Position numbers and translations under genes: made by a program. From contig OX597818.1 in the NCBI GenBank assembly GCA_951406725.2, positions 125,860,001-125,924,000 on the forward strand: 64,000 bases of DNA, written 5' to 3'. This stretch comes from Octopus vulgaris (Eukaryota). The notes beneath the pieces were generated by a model. The model made no database searches and was not told the DNA's origin. It saw only the letters and a list, made by a program, of their open reading frames with translations. Position 1 is the first letter of the stretch. Each line of letters begins with the position of its first letter. Below are positions 58,115 to 64,000 of the stretch, piece by piece.

Positions 58115-58118
58115 TACA

Positions 58119-58181
<63 letters not shown>

Positions 58182-58210
58182 GTTATCATCATTGTTGCTG
58201 TTGTTGTTTT
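57853..58210. repeat. (TTA)n with periodic CTA variants
   Basis: Direct reading. Confidence 0.95.
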
Positions 58211-60535
58211 TAAGCGAAATAAACCAGCCTGAAATATATGCAAAGTAAATCCTGATCAAGATAGAAGGGAAGGAAGGAAGGAAATAAGGCTACATACTTC
58301 TGTTTTAGTTTTATTCCAGCTTTTGTGACGATTTTCTTTCTTCTTTCCTTCTTTCTTTCTTCTTTCCTTCTTTCTTTCTTCTTTCCTTCTTTCTTTCTCT
58401 CTTTCCTTCTTTCTTTCTTTGTTTCTTTATTTCTAATTCTGTATTTCTCATTTTATTGTTTAGTAATTGAAATAAAATGAAATAAAAACGTCCAGCTGCA
58501 ATTTCTATTAGAAACAACAGTACGTAATGGAAAAGACATTGTTGAGATATGCGTATGTATGTATGTATGTATGTATGTATGTATGTATGTATGTATGTAT
58601 GTATGTATGTATGCATGCATGCATGTATGTATGTATGTATGTATGGATGTATGTGTTCATATGCGTATACGTGTATGTGATTATTTTCTTAACTGCAAAA
58701 GCCATAAAGGGACATCGGTTCTGATTTTTGTTTCTTGTGTTATTATTGCCATTCTAATTGTTGTTTAGCCCCAGGTCATCTTTGATCGGGCAAATCCGTG
58801 ATCAAAGACATTCCAGAAATGACCATCTCATGTTTCTTATGTATACCAGACAGCGTAGACAGTACAATACCTTTTAATATATCCTTCATATAATTTAAAC
58901 TGTGTAGCAGAAATTTCCAACCACTGTGCTGAGTATAGCCTGCAGGTGTGCCGCGAGGTTTTCAAAAGATTCGGAAAACAGCAGGATATTTAGACATCTT
59001 GAGTGTTTTGAATGTCCCATGCCAGTACGTGTGTACTTCATTGCAACAAGGTGCAATACGTTAAAGTAGAAGTTAAATAATTACCTTTTCTTTATGTATC
59101 TAAAATAGAACTTGTAAAAGATGTGGGTGTGTCCAAATGCTTTTATTTCCTAATACAGTGTAGTTAGAAAAACATTAAAAACTGTCGCTGTATGGCGTGA
59201 TTTGATGGTTATTCTGTTGCTATTTCAAGAAGATTGAGCGATAACATAAAGCAGCGGTTTCCAGCTTGACGTTGGCGGACCACTACAGGTAACCAAAGAT
59301 AATAATGGTGGGCTTAAATGAATAGAGTGACCTTTCAAAAACCTGGGGTTCTTTTACGTAAACAAAAGATTTCGTTGTTTGTAAAAAGGCTGGGAACTCA
59401 CCTAGAGCTCTCGATGTTTTATTTCTTTGAAGTAACTCTTTGAGTATTAGTAATAATGTTGTGTAGCTTATCTCTGATCCAGTAAACAGACATAATCGTG
59501 GTAGGAAGGTAGCTGTTTAATAAAACTATGTACATATCAGAGATCTATAGCTCCAAATACATCCCGGCTGACAAGCATTTCTGTTCATCCAGACATGCAC
59601 TAATATACTTTATAGTGTGCAATGTGATTGAGTGGTTTTGTGTCAACCCAGGGTAGCGATAATAGTTTCCAAGAGACCTTCATTGGCAGGGAATATCGGG
59701 CTTTCTTCCATTGGAACTCAGCTCAGCTTCCTAATCAACACTCGTTGCTATTCAGAACGCTTTGTAACATTATAACAAATTCTGTTCGTCAGGAAATCAA
59801 GTTTCATTAAGAAAATAGTGAGTGGCCTGATTGCAATAAAACATAGACCTCCACCAAGGCCTTCCCAATTCATTCGTCCTTCTTCCTCTTGTTAGTCATA
59901 ATGTGTCTTCTCTCCCACATCCGTAACAAACCACAAGTCCAACACTTCATCCTTTTAACGTTTCCCTTCTGAATTCCCTCTTTTTCCGATTGTTTTTGTT
60001 GTTCAATAAGAAAATCAGCTGTATCAATCTCAGTGGTCTCAGAAGGACTTGTGAATACCAAGGATACAACCATTTTCTCAAGACCACCCATTAAAAAAAG
60101 GACATTTAAAAAAAAATACAAAACAATAGCGTAATTTTTCCTGCCGGGAAGCTTACTTTGGCTCATAACGCTATCTGAATTGTTAGATGTGATAACTGAT
60201 CTGGGCAAATATCTTGAAATATATTTTTAATATTGCCTTTTTATGTCCATAATTGTAGTAAAACTTAATAGAAAAATTTAGAATCTAAGGCTTTCCAATC
60301 TTGACTTATCCGTTTTCTTTCAGTGTGTTGGAAACTCAGTACCACACCACATTATCCAATGTACCGCATCCCTTTCTAATACGATGAGGAGTGATTTAAG
60401 AGAGATTCTGTATATACAGGAAACAGCCAACTGACAGTAACAAGTATTGTGTAAAACACTTTAAAACAAGTGTATTGGATGATGCTTCATAATGTTGTAG
60501 AATTGTTCCCATCGCAGACGAGGTGAATCAGTTCC

Positions 60536-60770
60536 TGTGAACATGGCTTAGTGGTTAAGATGTTGGACTCATGGTCGTATGATTCCTGGTCCGAGCGATG
60601 CGGTGTCTTCTTGAGCAAGACACTTCATTTCACGTTACATCACTCTTTTCAGCTGGCAAAAATGAGTAATTCTGCGACAGACCGGCGTCCGGTCCAGGTG
60701 AAGAATTTATACGCCATAGAACCCGGGAAACCAGGAAACCAGCCTTTATGAGTCGGCATAACGTGGGAGG
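60536..60770 (+). mobile_element. SINE family C subfamily (alternative tail)
   Basis: tggcttagtggttaag...ttgagcaagacacttcatttcac...gaccggcgtcc; sister copy at 62466. Confidence 0.75.
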
Positions 60771-61299
60771 GATTTTTTAATCAGCATCTACTTAAAAAAG
60801 TTTAATTAATGATACTGTTTGGAGATTTTTCGTCGAATGTTATTAGAATTGTTTATAAAGCACTAGCTTATAAGCTGCACTCCGTGCGGATTTTAAGCTA
60901 ACTCCTGTGGAGTGATAATTGGACTTGCGGTCCAAACTAAAGAGAGCGAAATAGCATCACTATTATACGTCTATAATGACTATGTGACCCTGTTATATTT
61001 GATCAGAGATTAAAGACGGATTTGAATTAATTCTGTAATACAATAATTCTATTGTTCCAGTTCCAAGTTGAATCCCAACTGTTGGCCAATTTGTCCTACA
61101 GGTCTTATCTCGACGTAAAATTAACGAAGCGAATGTCATTTATCTCATCCTTTGATCTCTGACATCATCTGACAAACGCCAACCAATATGGCGTGAGTCA
61201 GCAACGCTTTACCTGCTAGAAATAGCAACCCAAATACTTTTAAATCAGATCCCAATGCTGGATGTTCAAGAAACAAATGAAGATTTTCAATTCCGGGAT

Positions 61300-61403
61300 C
61301 ATCTTGATTCTAAAAAGGTATAATATGTCAATGTAGAGCAAATGTGGTCGGAGATACAGGGGTCCCAGACGGACAGACAGAATTTCGCTTTTATTATTAT
61401 AGA
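61300..61403 (-). mobile_element. Helitron-like 5' end
   Basis: Minus: A|TCtataataataaaagcgaaattctgtctgtccgtctg, the typical Helitron 5' signature. Confidence 0.5.
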
Positions 61404-61439
61404 TGCCTCAGTTCGAAACATGACATCCAATAATTCTTT

Positions 61440-61603
61440 CTAAATTTGACTCAGTGTTCAGCTGCTACATATTTTATAGACCCAGGAAAGGATGGAAAGC
61501 AACGTTGATCTCGGTGTCATTTGTACTCAGAATGCTAAAATGGAAGACAGACCACTAAGCATTTTGCCTGACATGCTAACGATTCTGGCAGTTCGCTGCC
61601 TTT
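61440..61603 (-). mobile_element. SINE family A, decayed (further decayed copies at ~26305, ~34620, ~50330)
   Basis: gacccaggaaaggatggaaagcaacgttgatctcgg...gctaacgattctggcagttcgctgcc. Confidence 0.7.
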
Positions 61604-61725
61604 AAGAGACTTCTATTAATAAAATATTAAATTCCGACCCTTGTGCAACACTCCAATGAACATGATAACAACAGGTGGCTTGAATTAATGTGAAATAATT
61701 GGTTGTCGCAGAGACACAAGTCGTA

Positions 61726-61880
61726 TATGTGCAATAAACTGACCAGCTCAACGAAATAGCTAACATCTGTTTGTGTTTAGAAGATGTTGGATTATAGAGG
61801 CAGATATGTGCGATAATCTGACCCGCTCAACGAAAGATGTATCATCTGCTTGTGATTCGAAGACGTTGGATTATAGAGAG
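61726..61880. repeat. two diverged ~79-bp tandem units
   Basis: tatgtgc...ctgacc.gctcaacgaaa...catctg.ttgtg...gaaga.gttggattatagag occurs twice. Confidence 0.75.
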
Positions 61881-62129
61881 GTAGGGCTGCGCCAGATGAG
61901 CAGTTTTGCTCTATTGTTTCTAACTTTCTGCTCTGATGTTACTATTGTCGAGACAACCGGTGTACAATGGGATAAACAATGTGATCTATATGTCTCACTA
62001 GCCTCTGATGTGTGCGTTGCACAATGGCGTTGCTGGTTATCACGTTTATAGACATTACAACTCGGCCATTGATAATTTCCATCTGAAACGTGTACAAATG
62101 CATACAATTGGATAACTGTTGATTATCAT

Positions 62130-62260
62130 AGATTTTGCCTTTTATCTCATTGAGTGTCCATCAATACTTTTCGGTACTTGTTAGGATAGCCAGTTTAGTC
62201 GCCGACAACACAACCGTATACCAGGTTATACAGGACTGAATGTAATCGAGTAACAAATAA
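62130..62260 (-). mobile_element. old fragment related to the 5' end of the 550-bp RTE-derived element
   Basis: gccagtttagtcgccgacaacacaaccgtataccaggttatac aligns with gccggtttagtcgccgacgacccgaccatgcaacaggttgtac. Confidence 0.6.
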
Positions 62261-62465
62261 TTAATTGGTAACATATAAGCCACATAACAATTAACCAGTA
62301 GGATTCATTATTCGTTATGAAAAATTAATATTGAAATGTTATACAAATATTGTATAGAATATTTAAATATAATTTTCATCAGAATATAATAACCTGTTAT
62401 TGTAAAGTTTACCCCTACTTTTTGACTGGGATAGATTGAGGAGCAGGTAAAGCTCGGTGTTAGTA

Positions 62466-62695
62466 GAGGAGCGTAGTTTGGTGGTTAGGGTGGTTAACTC
62501 ATGATCGTAAGATTGTGGTTTCGATTCCTGGACCGGGCGACGCGTTGTGTTTTGAGCAAAACACTTCATTTCATGTTGCTGACAAAAATGAGTAATCCTG
62601 CAACAGACCGGCGTCCCATCCAGGTGTGGAATATATACGCCACGGAACCGAGAAACCGGCCCTTATTAGTCGGCGTGACTCGAAAAGGTAACTTT
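62466..62695 (+). mobile_element. SINE family C subfamily
   Basis: tRNA head, gtttcgattcc B box, same tail as 60536. Confidence 0.75.
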
Positions 62696-62859
62696 TTAAT
62701 TTAAAGCCCTGAGTGACAGGCATTTGGATCAGCTTAAATAAACTATTACATTCTACTACGGTATTGTGCACTTTCTCATTAAGGGAACCTATACATACAT
62801 ATATATGCACACACATATATACACAATAATGAATAATGATGATGATGATGATGATGATC

Positions 62860-64000
62860 TAAACCAAGAAAGGTGAAGTCAAATCGACGCTACGATCGTT
62901 TCCGTAAACGAACGATTTTTTAAAAATCTCATATCTCTTACAATGTTATGTAATACCATCAATATATAGAAATATGCAATAATATTTTTTATTGTTAGAT
63001 CACTTCTTCAGGCATCTTCATTTGAAAAACATGATCAAGGAAAGAAACAAAAAAGAAAAACAAGGAGAGAGATAATAAGGGAAAGTATACCAGTTAGTGG
63101 TCAGTCAAGATAATTTGAAAGTAGAAATCGGGAGATGAGGGTGATAAAGAAAGGTATCAGAGTGTAAAAAGATAGAAGGAATACCGGTCTGATAGAGAGA
63201 GGGGTATAAAAATGTAGTTTTCTTTGCATTGTGGGCATGTGATGCTGTAGATATTTGTGTAGAGACTAGTTACGTCAAAGCTTACTAGTACTGTCTCTTT
63301 ATCTGCCTGTTCTGGGATAGGATTTAAGAAGTCCATGTCATCTCTGATGAAACTGGGAACTAATCTACATAAAGGTTTTTCAAATTATGTCCAACAAGTT
63401 GCTTATTCTTTGGGTGCTGGATGCTGGTCCTGCAACAATCAGATGCAATTTGAGATCAGTTGGTTAGGGAATCTTTATATATGGAGTATGGAGATCTTTT
63501 AAGTTGTTGCTGATCTGTTTGGATTTATGGATTTCAGGAAGGCCATAAAAATTACTTGTTTCCACTTCAAAATGGTTAGGTAATTCAATTCCTTTTTAGT
63601 TAACTCATCCTTGAATTTGTTGATAAATTTGCCAGTTTTGCTCCTAGTTCGATTATCAGCATTGCTATCTAATCTTCTGTAGAATTGCTGGTCACTGAAT
63701 TGTTCTAAGACCATTTCCCTGTAATGGGTCTTCTCCATTATTACAATGGCTCCTCCTTTGTCAGCTTCTTTAATGATTATAGATGAATCTTGAAGACATT
63801 CTAATGATTTTTTCCCCTCATCTGTAATATTTTGTTTTACAGGGTTTGTTGGAATGTTTGAATTAGCAGACCTTTTCAGGTATATTATATATTCCACCAG
63901 GTGTTTGTTTCTATTTATCGGAGGTTTAAAATCTGTTTTATTCTGCAAAAACGGTGGATCATCGTTGCCATTGTTAGGAAAGAACTCCCGTGGGCGAAGT
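62860..64000 (-). mobile_element. internally deleted Penelope-like element: RT N-terminal part joined to an HHR-bearing 3' repeat
   Basis: IIIKEADKGGAIVIM, LIVAGPASS, PSFIRDDMDFL, LVSFDVTSLYTNI; coding similarity stops at ~63240. Confidence 0.9.
62886..63016 (-). ncRNA. type I hammerhead ribozyme with long helix II, downstream of the PLE RT
   Basis: Minus: gatgc-CTGAAGA-agtga...ttacg-GAAA-cgatcg-TA-gcgtc; the first helix-II pair is mismatched. Confidence 0.65.

Noticed and set aside
58905-59400. Two possible hAT-type MITE remnants
   Set aside because: The termini are too degenerate and no TSD could be identified.
59560-60300. Coding-like minus-strand sequence (ORF 59870-60208)
   Set aside because: No recognisable motif; probably an old transposon fragment that I cannot assign by eye.
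61726-61880. CRISPR-like repeat arrays (also 10215-10470)
   Set aside because: No constant repeat with unique equal-length spacers, no cas genes, and a eukaryotic context.

Overview
Eukaryotic, AT-rich, repeat-saturated genomic DNA. The microsatellite load ((TA)n, (CA)n, (TATG)n, (TATC)n, (GAA)n, (TTA)n) and the SINE families suggest an octopus or other cephalopod genome (inference). Almost all ORFs in the supplied track are microsatellite artefacts. Real content: three tRNA-derived SINE families, decayed Penelope-like elements (PLE; RT and GIY-YIG fragments), an RTE LINE 3' end with a non-autonomous RTE 5'UTR+3'-tail partner, L1/Tx1-like fragments, mariner and maT-like DNA transposons, a THAP+DDE Harbinger/ISL2EU-like transposon, Helitron ends and several MITEs. 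A possible host gene runs on the minus strand, with candidate exons at 35783-35845, 17899-17987 and 3973-4017 encoding a signal-peptide-like N-terminus. The most notable signal is a dense set of sequence-diverse type I hammerhead ribozyme (HHR) motifs with palindromic helix III, mostly in short (TA)n-embedded PLE terminal repeats. They include outward-facing inverted pairs, a recurrent CCGANGA core variant and long helix-II insertions. All calls were made by eye; nothing was computed or searched.
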